A stretch of DNA of 64,000 nt from Oikopleura dioica (lineage: Eukaryota > Animalia > Chordata): contig OU015569.1 in NCBI GenBank assembly GCA_907165135.1, positions 5,704,001-5,768,000 on the forward strand, written 5' to 3'. This document shows positions 52,481 to 64,000 of this stretch, piece after piece. How positions within the stretch are numbered: the first letter of the stretch is position 1; each line of letters starts with the position of its first letter. The notes beneath the pieces were generated by a model. The model had not been told where the DNA came from. It saw nothing but the letters and a program-made list of their open reading frames with translations, and did no database searches. Made by a program: the position numbers and the translations under genes.

Positions 52481-54597
52481 GTCTCGCTTCCGCTAGCATC
52501 CCAGAATGATCACTCCAATCGGTGAACAGTTGTATTCTTCGGCGGATCTACGTTTATACGCGGCCAGTATATAACTTATATAATAAAAGAGTACAGTAGT
52601 CGGCGACTTTCAGAAATCGAAATTTTTGTAAATACAAAAATTTAACCTGAAATCGAGAAGTCTCGCCACAGGAAACATCAGTTCGATAAGAAGTAATTGA
52701 GCCTCCTGCCGCAAAGATCGTTAAAATCAGGCAGGAAATTTATCTGTAATCGGAAATCGATTTTTACCGAAATCGCGTACACTGTCAAATTTTTCACCTC
52801 CAGCGGATGTCCACACGGGGTATTATTGTTTTATTGTCAGCTCGTTAATACCTTCACCCTTTTTTATGGGTTATGCTTCTGGTGGGAAGCATAAGCTCTG
52901 CCCAAGTCCCGTGAGTTTGATTGACAACACGCTTTTTGGAGGAAATTAGGCCTCTCCATCAAAATGGTGGGCACCAGAATACTTAGACGAAATTTTAATG
53001 ATTCCTAACCGTCCGAAAATTTGTGTATTCCTGCTGAGAAAAGTTGAAGAGTGATATTTTTAATCAGTCTTGTTTTGACTAGTTATCAAAATTGTTGAGG
53101 GTCCAGACCGTTGAGCCAGGTCCTCATGTTAATACAAGGGCGATAGAAAAAATGCGAGAGAGTGGCCAGCTGTCAAAGCTCTTTGAAGCTAACTCCAGGG
53201 CACTTTAGAGCCAGAGACCCCCGTCTATTGAGTGTCCCTCTGACTTCATCCCATAATTGCCTCTTTGAAAGGCGAAAATCGATGTAGATAAGCGCAATCT
53301 GCGAGAGCTGTGATTTTTTAGAACAAAAAGAAGACCGAGTACTAATTTTGGCAAATTGTCAATATTTTGTGCAGACCGTTTAGCCTACTTTTTAAAAAGA
53401 CTCTCGATGACTTGAAGTGGTCGCTAACAACACGTGACTATTTGCTAGGGTCTTTATCAGTCTCGTGACCCGCTTTCTATCGTGTCTTTTATTTCGTTTT
53501 TATTTTCAATGGAAAGCAATTTAGAAAATAGCAAGCCAGCTCCCAGTTGTAGAGGTGAGGCTAATTTCATGCTCCCGTGGAGAAAGTATTTGATTGTTTG
53601 GTATTCGAGCAATTAAGCAAATCTGAATCGATTTGAGGCTAAAGAGTCACAATTATATGCTCGGGAGAAATTGTGTTCTCTTTCTTTTTGCCTGCAATTC
53701 CAAGCGTGACAAATAAACGAGTTCGCAATCTTACTTTATGAATATTTTATGGAGAGTGCACGTGACCATGAGTCCCATCTGATGTGGATGAAGATGATAA
53801 TCTGATCCTATTACAGAGTTTATTTCACCCATAAAAACGATCACATTAGTGCTCGATATTCATCTTCAGCATGCGATTTACGCCACCCTAAAGTACTTTC
53901 TCATTTACAAGGTCTCGTTTTTTCACCACAAAAAGCGGTAAATATTTACTCACGTTGGTTAGTTTCGGTTATTGAGGTTGCTTTCTGTTGGCAACTTTGT
54001 CGAGTAGGTTTTCTTGGGAGTTGTAAATTTTGCGCTGGTGTCCGCAAAACATGGTGTTCGCGCCCCCTGAAATGATTTATTTGCATTTCGCAGTAAGTAT
54101 TTGGTGCTTCAACAGCATTAATTAGTGCGAAAGCTACGCGCTTTATTTTGCAGGTGTAATTTTGTAAGAAGGAACGCTTCTGCCTTTTGATATCAAACCG
54201 TCTTTGTGCTGCTTCAAAGAGTGTCCACAGAAGTGAGCGAGCCCACGTGATCTGGATTAAAATTGGCTTTTGGACACCTTCGAAAGGGATCTTTAGTCAA
54301 AGGCGATTTGGATTAGAAACTCGGATCAAGGCGAAGAAGCCGCCCGCCGCAAGAGTCACTGACGTGCAAGGCGACGTAAACAACAATCCATCACAATTCA
54401 CAAATTGGAGCAGCCATTCTACACCCTTGATCTATCACCTGGTAAAATTAAGAACGAGCGGCCACCCAAACACAATATTTATAAGTATAACACACCGCCC
54501 TATTCAGGAGCTATTATCAGCAAATCAAGCATAAAATCGAGCGTATGTGAGAGATATCCTTAATCTCTTTCTAGAACGCAAAAGCTGAGTTGTTATA

Positions 54598-55299
54598 ACA
54601 TACCCCACCCCCAAGTTTTCGCGCATTCCTCGGTACATTTTCCGTAATTTACTCTTCCTGATTTGTTCAAAACCCCGAAATTTACGCCGCTTAACTTTTC
54701 TGCGTGCGCCCAAATTTACTCTCGCGGCGCTGATTGGCTTCGTCGGTTAATTTTCTGTCTGCGCAAAAGTCTTGTTTTGCTCGCTCCGGGCAAAGAAAGG
54801 ATGATCTTTTATAAAAAGCCAGATTCCCTTATAGGGCAGCCCTATCTTATGTTATCTTTGATAAAATTATTGTTTATTGTTACAGTGAAGTTTATAAATA
54901 TTTGATAGAACGTCATGCTAGTGCGATAGATGAAAACGGTTTCTGAGGAGCAAAATCCTGGCATCAATATTTTAAGTTACTCGAATGGTACGAATTTTAT
55001 GTGTCCAAGCCACGAAAAATTTTCAATTCTAGTGCCTCGAGTACCTGAAAAAGACTGAAATCCCTTGGTTTAATTTGGCGCTATGATTGCATAACGCGCC
55101 CGTTAATAGATCATTTGCGTTGACGCGCATTTCAGCGGGTCGCGAGTAAATTTGGGCGCACGCGGAAAAGTAAGGAGAAGAAATTTGGAAACGCGAGGAA
55201 ACGCGAGGAAGCGTAAATTTCGGGGGTTTCGGAAAAGTTAGGAAACGTAAACTTGGGCGAAATACCACGAATTGCGCGGAAATTTAGGGGGGGGTATGT
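54598..55299. mobile_element. ~700-bp MITE with long imperfect TIRs and TA flanks
   Basis: TA|ACATACCCC ... GGGGTATGT|TA; inverted blocks CCCCGAAATTTACGC and GCGTGCGCCCAAATTTACTC occur in both arms. Confidence 0.82.
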
Positions 55300-58200
55300 T
55301 AGCTAGAAAATCAAAAGCGGCCAGCTATAAATCGTCAAGGCGACACAGTGATCGATACGAGCAATTCATGGCTTATACCTACTTGTATCAAGAGCGGGAG
55401 CGGAATAAATTATTCAGCAGCTCAGCTAGCTCGTCGATAAAATATTCCTCAAAATGAATGCCAAAGACACGCTCCAGCTGCGCCCGAGTATTGAGAGTGA
55501 TTCCCGGCCAAGAGTTGAAGGTTTTTTTGTCGTCTTTCTTATGCTCAATATTCTTCGTCGAAACCGTAGTGGGGGGAAGCTCTTGGAAGCTAAACACATG
55601 CTTGGCAGATCTTGATGCTCCACCCTCCGATGATCTATCGGTAATGTAAATAATTACATTCTCACGGTAAGGGATCAATCGTGCGAGTCCCCATCTTTCA
55701 AGGACCTATTTGAAACAGTCAATCGGACAAACGAGGCTGGCCACTGCTGTTACACTGAACTTCAATTTTTATTGCTGTTTACAAATCTCGTGGAAATTTC
55801 AGCGTGGGAATAATCCATCACAGGGCCCCTTAAATGCACCCTTATGACTGTCCAAAGCATCAAAAACGAAAACCACGAGCGCTTTCGGTGATTTACGAAA
55901 TCGAGTGGACGAGAATCGAGCTTGTAAACGTGACGGTTTTATTAATTTATTTATATGAGATTGTACAGTAAAGGGCGTTCCACGAGTGCACAACGTACGG
56001 GAACCTTGGTGGGCGGACAAATGCTTGATACTTGACGCGTTTTATTCATGAAAGTCGATTTGTTCCACTCGCGCAGATAATCCCTTTTCTAGCGTATACG
56101 CGGAATATTAATGTGGCTCGTACTAAGTGTAAATATTTCTTCTAAGATTTTGCGGTCGAGCGAAGATTTACTCGCAGCTAGCCGAGATAGCTGTTGGAAT
56201 TCGGTGCAAAAATTTGAGAGGTCGAGAGAAGTGCTCCCAGCAGCACAAAATAAGTAAGAAGGAAGTACCTGAGACTGGAGATTGTTTAGAATTGGCTTAA
56301 GAGTATGACAACTGGAAGTGACATTTGTGCCATTTGGCAGCATGTTCTAGCTGGGAGCACGGCGCAAATAGCTTGCTTACTGAGCTGTCAGAAATAATCT
56401 CAATCGAGATGCGATTCTCAGCCAGTGGCCGGGTAAGCAACCGAATTAGTATTTTTATCTATCTATTTTTAAATATCTTCTCTCGATCTCAAATCAGGTG
56501 ACCTCCTTCGGAGATCCTGCCGTCGTCAAATGTCAGCAGATCGGAAGGACTGTCGACAATGACGCTAGCTCCGGAGGACGGAACTACCGGAACCAGCGTA
56601 ACCGGTTCCGCAAGCTCGACCAAATCATCTTATTGCGAATATACGTCTTAGGAGAAAATAAGTGAGAGCTGACTCCTCGATCCGGCCTCTTGTTCAAGAT
56701 CTGCCCTCAAAGTGGCCTTGCTATGGGAAAATTTGGCCGCAAAGCGAAGGTGTAATGAGGGAGGTGGAGTGGGCTCCCTTTGACACGCCGCTTTGAATTC
56801 TCTCAAATTCCTCCCGAGCGTGAAAATTATCCCACAATTAGCTCCTTCTTCGGCGCGTTTAGAAACCAGGTGCCAAGAATAACACTTTACGCCAAAAGTG
56901 CTAAAACTAGAACCGTGTTTATCGTCAAATACAGGACTCGATCCAACACAAAACAAAGTGCAATCACTAAACAGCGTGCTGCTTATTCGAGGATGTCAAA
57001 TCTTGTAATTCATTCCTTGGAAGACTTTCATTTTCTCAGTGATGAGTTGAGTCTGCTCGGCGGAAGCGGTTCATCCAGACTAGGTGATCAAAGACATAGA
57101 ATTTGACCTTGGCGGGACTTATCTCGGAAGTCCTAGAGTAGATGCGTTAACAAGAAAGTACTTCCTGCTGTCAACAAATTAAATGCCGCCAGATAGAGTA
57201 CATTTTAAATCCACATAAGTGTCAATGCTCAGTATCACATGCTTCAAGTCTAAAATAATACCATTGTTGGCTAAGCTTGCATCAAAGACGAACTACTTGT
57301 GTGAGTATAGGTGTTTTGAACCCAGGACAAAAAGGTCAGCGGTATATTGAAAATGAGAAAGTTTGCGGTAAATATACTTTTCATGTGGCCCGATAGATTA
57401 TTTCAAGGGATTTCAAGCGAGCTATTTTCGAACAGAAAAGTTACTCGATTAGCCGAGGTTAATAACTAAAATTTTATTAGAGAAGCTTTGATTTTGCACG
57501 TCGTGTCTGAGTAACTTGGACTGTTCTATTTGGCTTTTATTGACATTTTTCTTATTCACTCGGGCATTGAATTTCCCTAACTTGGCTACATAGGCTATGT
57601 AACATAGCTCAGCTGCCTTTGTCCAGAATGAAAAAGATGAAACAGCGAAAGTGTTGTCCGGCGGCAGAGACAATTTCCGCATCCGCCTCCGGGAGGAAGG
57701 TCACCCAGCCCGAGGCGCGTTTATGTGAGTTAAAATATTCAATGAAAATACCAAAGGTAATAAAACGTTGCTGCTAGTGAGAGCGTCTAGAATCTTTTCG
57801 GAAAGCAGTTGAGCCCTCGAACTTCCAGTGACAAAGAGACGTGACTAGGTTAATATCCACAACATGCATCCGCCGGTTATGATCGCCGCCGGTGGCCCGG
57901 ATTCGGAATTCCGGCTTGGATTCCGGTCTTTTATCCGGCCTAAATCCGGTCCTGACGAATCCGCCCGGACCTCCGGCTGACCTCTGGATGCCTCCTACTT
58001 TGGCTCTGTAACTCAGGCGGTTCATTCCATACCTTCCATATCTAGGAAAGTCTGAGACTTACTTGATCAGGAGTTCTGCCATTCGCGGTGGAACACATCC
58101 AGATCGTTTATGAGCTGCATGATTATTTCCGAGTTGTTCTTTTATTACGAGGCGCAACAATTTTCTCTTTCCGATAATGCAATTGAGTACTTCCCCAACG

Positions 58201-59365
58201 ATCTCCCACGAGCACCGCATACGGCGAATTGTTGCTTCCGATTGAGTCGCATATTTTTACATATTTCCGCTCCTACGGCTCACCTTCCATTAGCCTTTGA
58301 TAGAGGTGGAGGTGTTAATCCGACAAGCGGAGGCGCCAGCTAGGTACTTTCTATGCCACAAAGAGCCTTATGCGGGAATCGCGTCGCACCTTTCGGTCTC
58401 TGATCCCCGGTAAAACAAGTCAGTCTCATGTTAAAATATAAATTCTAAAACTATATATCTATTCCTGAAATTGAGAACAATATGTTCTTCCATCGCAATA
58501 AAAAAGATATAATTTGGAGTAAAAAGTATACTCACTGAATCAACTTTTGAGAATTTACAGTAAAAAGTCCCATCATAGGTAGAATATGGTGCGTCTGATC
58601 GGCGCCGCCGAGACAAAAACCGGAAAACGGGCGAATAAGCGGAAATCAACCCCAAAGACGAACAGGAAGCGTCGTCTTCTGACGCCGCCCTTCCCGCACT
58701 AAGGGCATCTATCCGTCCGGTGGAGAATTCGCGTTTTCCGTCCGCAGAAAGGGGAACTAACCAGTTCCGATAACTATAAAAAACTTGATTAAAACAAAAT
58801 GCTTCCCTCGTTTTCCGGCCATTTGTAAAATATACCGAAATGGAAGTTATAAATATGTCGTTCTCTTACTCCGGAATTACACAACTGCAAGATGTCAGAT
58901 ATTCTCCTGAAGTGCATCGCTGTATCTCAGAAGTCTCTCACAAACAGGAACAAACAAAGAAGGAAATATTTTTAGTACTAACTTGACCAAAAGGCACACT
59001 GTCGTTTTAGGGATATTTTTGCTCACGGGAGAGCCCAACGATGAAATCGGAATTTCCGCCGCCCGGTCACTTCCACCACCGGTTACGTCACAAACGGTTT
59101 TTGGCAGAGCCACTTCCACCGGAAAGCTTCGAATCGTTAGAAGACCCTGTTCATTTAAACTTTGTGAGCACGCAAAACTATGTGAGCGTATGAGACGAAA
59201 AAAAGCGTCAAATATGTTCGAAACGCGAAGGAAATACAACTTCGGACAGTTTTTTTTCGAAATTTATTGAATGTGAATTGTGAATTGAATCGACAAAGAT
59301 CGAAAGTTTCAGAAAAAATATTTTGATAGAAGTGAAGACATGAAGAAATATTCGTTTGGTTCTTT

Positions 59366-60095
59366 TTAGATTTGGGTTATCTCTTGTCGGCAAACTACAA
59401 ATATATAGATAAATAAATTAGGCTGAAATTCTGGGCTACTTACGTGGGCAGTTTGTATGTTCCTTTACCCAAATAAGTAGGCACTTCTCGTGAAATCGAT
59501 GGACGCAGGTTTTCAATTGACAAAGCTTCGAAATTTTTCTTATAAGAAAAAGGTAGAGCGTACCTTTTGGCCATTCTCATACTCAATTAGACAAATCGAG
59601 CAGCTCAACTCCGTTTTTGATCGAGTTCGACGAAACGTTTTTCGTGGTATAGTATCAATCACATTCTGCGGAAGACTGAATATGAAATTAAGAATATGCG
59701 TCCGGTTTTAATATAAGTATTAATGCCTTACCCTTTATTTTGCTCTCGTATGGCGCGCAAGTTTTCAATGTAGGTCACCAACGATGTTTGATGAGAACTG
59801 TCGCTAGCCCGTCGAGCTGCTGAAACTCGTCCTGCCAGGTTCAAAGAGTCGAGGAGTTGGCTAGAATAAGTAGAAACCTCTCCGGATATCATGCTCTCCA
59901 TCCTTTTCAATAAGTAATGCGAGTTGAAGTTTGATTCGGTGGCTTTTTGGTGGATAACTCTGAGTTATCTGATCGAAGCACGATCCTCGGACTCAGCTTT
60001 AACTTTATTTATTCGTTTTGATAACTCCTGACTAATTCTAGAATATCGCTAGCAATAGAGATCTTTTCATCCAATATTTTCGCTTTGCTCATCAT
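59366..60095 (-). CDS. RING-H2 finger E3 ligase-like protein; start uncertain
   Basis: Spliced C-terminus GLPQNVIDTIP...CSICLIEYENGQK...CVHRFHEKCLLIWVKEHTNCPLCR. Confidence 0.8.
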
Positions 60096-60293
60096 TAAAT
60101 AGCGATGCCCTTTTTCATATGCATTAAAAATTATCACTGCATGAAGACAAGGAAGACAATTGCGCTGTGAACCGTGATAGAGAGCACAGCTATGAGTTTT
60201 GAAAAAAATAATCTTTGTTAACAGGTTTAAAAATAAAAATTGAAAAATAAGAAAGGCAATGAGATTTTTCGGTTTCGAGAAGCTATAGTTCGT

Positions 60294-62391
60294 TTATGGA
60301 CACGCTGCATAACGTGCTGCTACAATAATCCAAACGGCCATGCTTTCTTCTGCATAATGAAATATTTTCGCTCTTATACCAAGGCGAGCTTCATTTCCTC
60401 GCGTACGGAGCAGTGGCTCCCACATAGGACGTTTGAGCATAGTATTGAAGATCTTCTGTGGATTAATGGAATGTAAACGAATTGGTAATGCTTTGAATGT
60501 ATGCCCATTTGGAACAGCGCGTCTTAATGCGTCATTAAATTCAGGCGCATCGGCCGAGATTCCGTAGAGTTCAGACATCTCGTAACGATTAATCGCACTT
60601 GATAGCATCATGCTAGATGCGAGATTAGAGACATTAAAAGTAAAAGGTCAAATACCCGAGTTCTTGATCCCATTTTGTTCCAAGATCATGCTGATGTCTA
60701 TAGTCTTCAATAAGAGTAGATAGTGTCGCTTCAATAGCAGCAGCTTGGACAATAGGGTCACCTTCGCAGCCCCGTATCTTTATTCCTCTTGGCGAGTGAT
60801 CGAATGGTCGGGAGTAATGTAATGCAGCTATAGCTGACGAATTCATTCCTTTCCATTTGCGCGGGTTTGTCAGATTAAAATCCACCAGTGGAACTCTGTT
60901 ATCAACCTGTACATTGGCAAAGAAACTGTCGTGGTTGAACAGGCAGTCAACCGTTCTATAAGGGTGTTCGAGTCCGGTCACTTCATGAGTATCGGGATCA
61001 GCTAAAACATGGACGAATCGTTGACCAGTCGTTCCGTCCCAGAATGAGATTGAATCGTCGATCGTCACAACCCAGGACCAAGGCTTTCCTTGCTTCACTC
61101 CAAGAGCAACGAACGCATTTAAACCGAAGCCAGTCAAGAAGGAACAAAGCAAAGCATTGTGACTAGCGTGATTTCCTTGTTTTCCGCTTATCAGCGCCGC
61201 AGCAGAGTGCCAAATATCATTATCTCCAGCGATTCCACTGTCCGCAACAAATTCACAATCAAGCGAGCTTACAAAGCGATGTGCCAACCTCGGACAATCC
61301 AAAACGCGTGATATTTTTATCGGCCAGACGTAGGTGAAAACAGGAAATGATCGATTTTTTTCATCGGATGCATAGATTTTGACGAGACGCTCTTTGATAT
61401 CTGATCGAGTTTGTAGAAATTCATTCCACCATTTTTTGGCGAATGTCATGAACAGTCTGTCTTTTTCTGTATTTCTGTTTTTTTCTAGCGAGAGTTGGGT
61501 TTTAAGAACATCGGTAGATATTGTAGATTTCAGAGCGGGCATAAGTGATATTCTCAGAGTAAGATTCCCTATCAACAGATCGCGTTCATTGAGAAGGCCC
61601 TAAATGATTCAATATACCGCAATTCTGACTTCGATTCGCACACAAACCTTCAATTCTAATTTAATCGTTTGTGGCTGCTCAAGAATCGCTCTCCATTCAA
61701 AACACTCTTTGCTCATCACTTGCTGGTCCCCACTTTTATCTGTTGCAACGAGAAAAACGATGACACTTTCTAGAGGAAAATTGAAAATCGCGAATGTAAT
61801 GACTTATAGTACCTTGTAGACTGAGAACATTTTCTACGTCTGGAACCTGCCTGTGCTGCGAGTGATCAATGTAGAACAGGAAGGTCTCGTTGAAATTCGG
61901 ATTTCTTGTCACTGCCAAAGGGTTAGTCGAAAAGCGCTGTTTGTTGAAAAGAATATGAATTTGGAATGTGGACCTTTGAAAGTCATCCGAAATCGTGTCA
62001 ATGTGTAGTTTTCCGTTGATAACTTCTGTATGCATATAAATTTGACATGGATCCAAGCACTCTTCCAAATACTTTATGTCTGTGTTGACGAGTTTGTTCG
62101 ATTCACTGTCGATATATTTCAAAAGTCCGCAGGGTTCTTGCACATGCTCAGGCAAACCGATTGGGGCATCTCTTACGCGGCGCATAAGGTCGTCTATGAC
62201 TCCTTCTTCTTCTAGTCGGTCTATTAATTCATCTTCTGAGCTGCTGTTTACTTGTATTGGCTGAATGATTTGATTTAATAACTTGGTGTTTGACTTTAGT
62301 TTACTTGTAGAATTCGCTGCAAATCTGAAATAGGGAGTTTATCGTCAACCATTTGCTCGAGAGCGAGCTTCTCACTTGGTCGATTTCGCAT
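60294..62391 (-). CDS. CEP76: Centrosomal protein CEP76
   Basis: EGVIDDLMRRV, C2-like FNKQRFST...PNFNETFLF, RLVKIYASDE, HPYRTVDCLFNHDSFFANVQ, FNDALRRAVPNGHTFK and AVWIIVA. Confidence 0.92.
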
Positions 62392-62450
62392 TCTAAAGGA
62401 TGTGATTCTTAGAACAGAATTTAGGATTTTTTCTTATCTATAACTTGCAG

Positions 62451-63722
62451 TTAAGATTTTTTCTTTTTCTTTTTGGCCCTTTTCGCGACTGAAAGCGACT
62501 CCATTTCTTCTGCGACCTCTTCGTCTTCCTGTTTTCTTCTCTTTGCCGGCACCTCTGCTTCTTCGGGCTCACAATGAGCTTTCTTTTTCTTCGATTTTTT
62601 CACTTTCTTTGAAGTTTGCTCCTCAGTGTCTTCCGTCTCAACCAAAGCAGCTTCCTCCTCTTTCTCTTGACGATGTTTTTTCTTCTTCTTTTTCTTCTTG
62701 ACTGGCTCTGGCGGAATTTCTTCTTCTGAAACAATCTCTTGTTTTACCTCGACTTCTTCACTTGCTCCTTCTTCAGTGACTTCTATTTCCTCTTCTTTAT
62801 TTTTTTTACGTTTTTTCTTTTTCTTTTTTGGGATTTCTACCTCTTCACTGTCGCTTATGGGTTCGTTTTTTATACACACTTCATCTTTGATTTCGACTTT
62901 TATTGCAGGAGTGTCGTCTAGAGGCGAAGCATCTTCGACCGGCTCATTTTTTATAACTGGCAATGCCTGTCTCGCCAACTTCTCGGCCATTTTTCGTTTA
63001 AAATAGTCCGCGACTGTTTCTTTCGAAACAACATGCTTTGTGGACTCCTGAAATTTGCCTGTTTCGCAGACTGCGGATTTGTTTGCTTCGGCTTTGGCTC
63101 TTTCCTCAGCCTCTTCGGCATCTTTTTTCGCCTTGTCTTTAGCGACCGACGCTGAAGAGCGACCAAATATTTCCTAAAATTTGATAGTTATCGCAACTAA
63201 GGAGAACATTGTTACTTCTAGATGCTTTGCACTGGCACCAGTTAGATCCTTAGCTTTCGTAAACTTTCCATATCTATGGCCGGATTTGCTTCCAGTTTTT
63301 GCCAAACTTGAAACTTGAACCGTATCCGCCAGCACTCGCTCAGCCGGAGCGTCTAAAATTAGTTTCAACCCAATTTTGGAGCAAATTTTACCTGTGGTTG
63401 CATTGAGATCGGCAAGGATGTCGCCAAAAGTATCCTGATGAGCAACCCATTGTCTATCGTACTTCAAGGAGCAGCCAACTCCGCGGTTGTCTTGCTTCAC
63501 GCGGATCTTTACGTGCTAAACGATTCAAGTGAGAACCATTAATATCTAATTCGAAAAAACCTCTTTACGGCCGTCTTCGTTCGCACCGATTCCGTTTCCA
63601 AAAGTCCAGCCCATCTTCTCCATCATTTTTACTGATTTCTTGTTCTTGTCGTCTGACCATTTTTTGCCACGCGGATCGTCGCCCCAGCGCGATTTACTCC
63701 TGCGTTCAGCGAGCAAGCCCAT
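62451..63722 (-). CDS. PINX1: PIN2/TERF1-interacting telomerase inhibitor PinX1 (G-patch)
   Basis: MGLLAERRSKSRWGDDPRGKKWSDD, KMMEKMGW..G.GIG, WVAHQDTF, YGKFTKAKDL and a K/E-rich tail. Confidence 0.92.
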
Positions 63723-63795
63723 AGTCGTCTAAAAACCACGATTTACGAATCATGATTGAAATATACAAATAGAAATTTTATCAATGAAGAACGGT

Positions 63796-64000
63796 TCATT
63801 TGGGCAATTGAAGTGGGCCCAAAATGTGCGGCGCCGGCAGGCTGCCAGTTTCAGGAGTAAAAATCGAGAACAGAATTTTCGTAGCATAGACATCTGGGTC
63901 TAAGTGGGCATGAGCTTTAAGCCACTCGTTTAAATATTTTTCTTGGTCGCTTCTAGTGTGCTCCAAGTGCTTAACTTTAAGCAATATGCCGCGCGATGAA
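63796..64000 (-). CDS. 3' end of an unidentified gene running off the window
   Basis: Open frame from the window edge to TGA at 63796, co-oriented with and 74 bp from PINX1. Confidence 0.5.
   Translation of the reverse strand, partial: SSRGILLKVKHLEHTRSDQEKYLNEWLKAHAHLDPDVYATKILFSIFTPETGSLPAPHILGPLQLPK

Noticed and set aside
57867-57990. Periodic CCGG units as a CRISPR-like array
   Set aside because: Units are 5-6 bp with 6-7 bp spacers, there are no cas genes, and the context is eukaryotic

Overview
Compact eukaryotic (chordate-like) genomic DNA, most consistent with an appendicularian tunicate such as Oikopleura. This is an inference from ~40-nt introns, tightly packed co-oriented genes with acceptor-like sites just before the ATG, and GA-AG introns. 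Recognisable genes: a CRAL-TRIO protein, a C-type lectin protein, tRNA-Gly(GCC), CUL5, THOC6, a REEP-family gene, TTBK, CPSF1, ABHD17, a multidomain trypsin-like protease, two paralogous Cys-rich/Thr-rich mucin-like genes, Sprouty, a RING-H2 gene, CEP76 and PINX1. There are also several orphans and three MITE-like inverted-repeat elements. Main discovery: at least eight introns in five unrelated genes appear to need non-GT donors (GA or GC) to restore the reading frame or homology. All are longer than the typical ~40-nt intron and all have ends that base-pair with each other; most are flanked by 4-5 nt direct repeats ending in AG. This points to transposon-derived (introner-like) and/or structure-guided splicing. 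Second: a ~10-kb region without recognisable genes upstream of Sprouty is strongly enriched in ETS sites. All alignments and counts were done by eye; none were computed or searched against databases.
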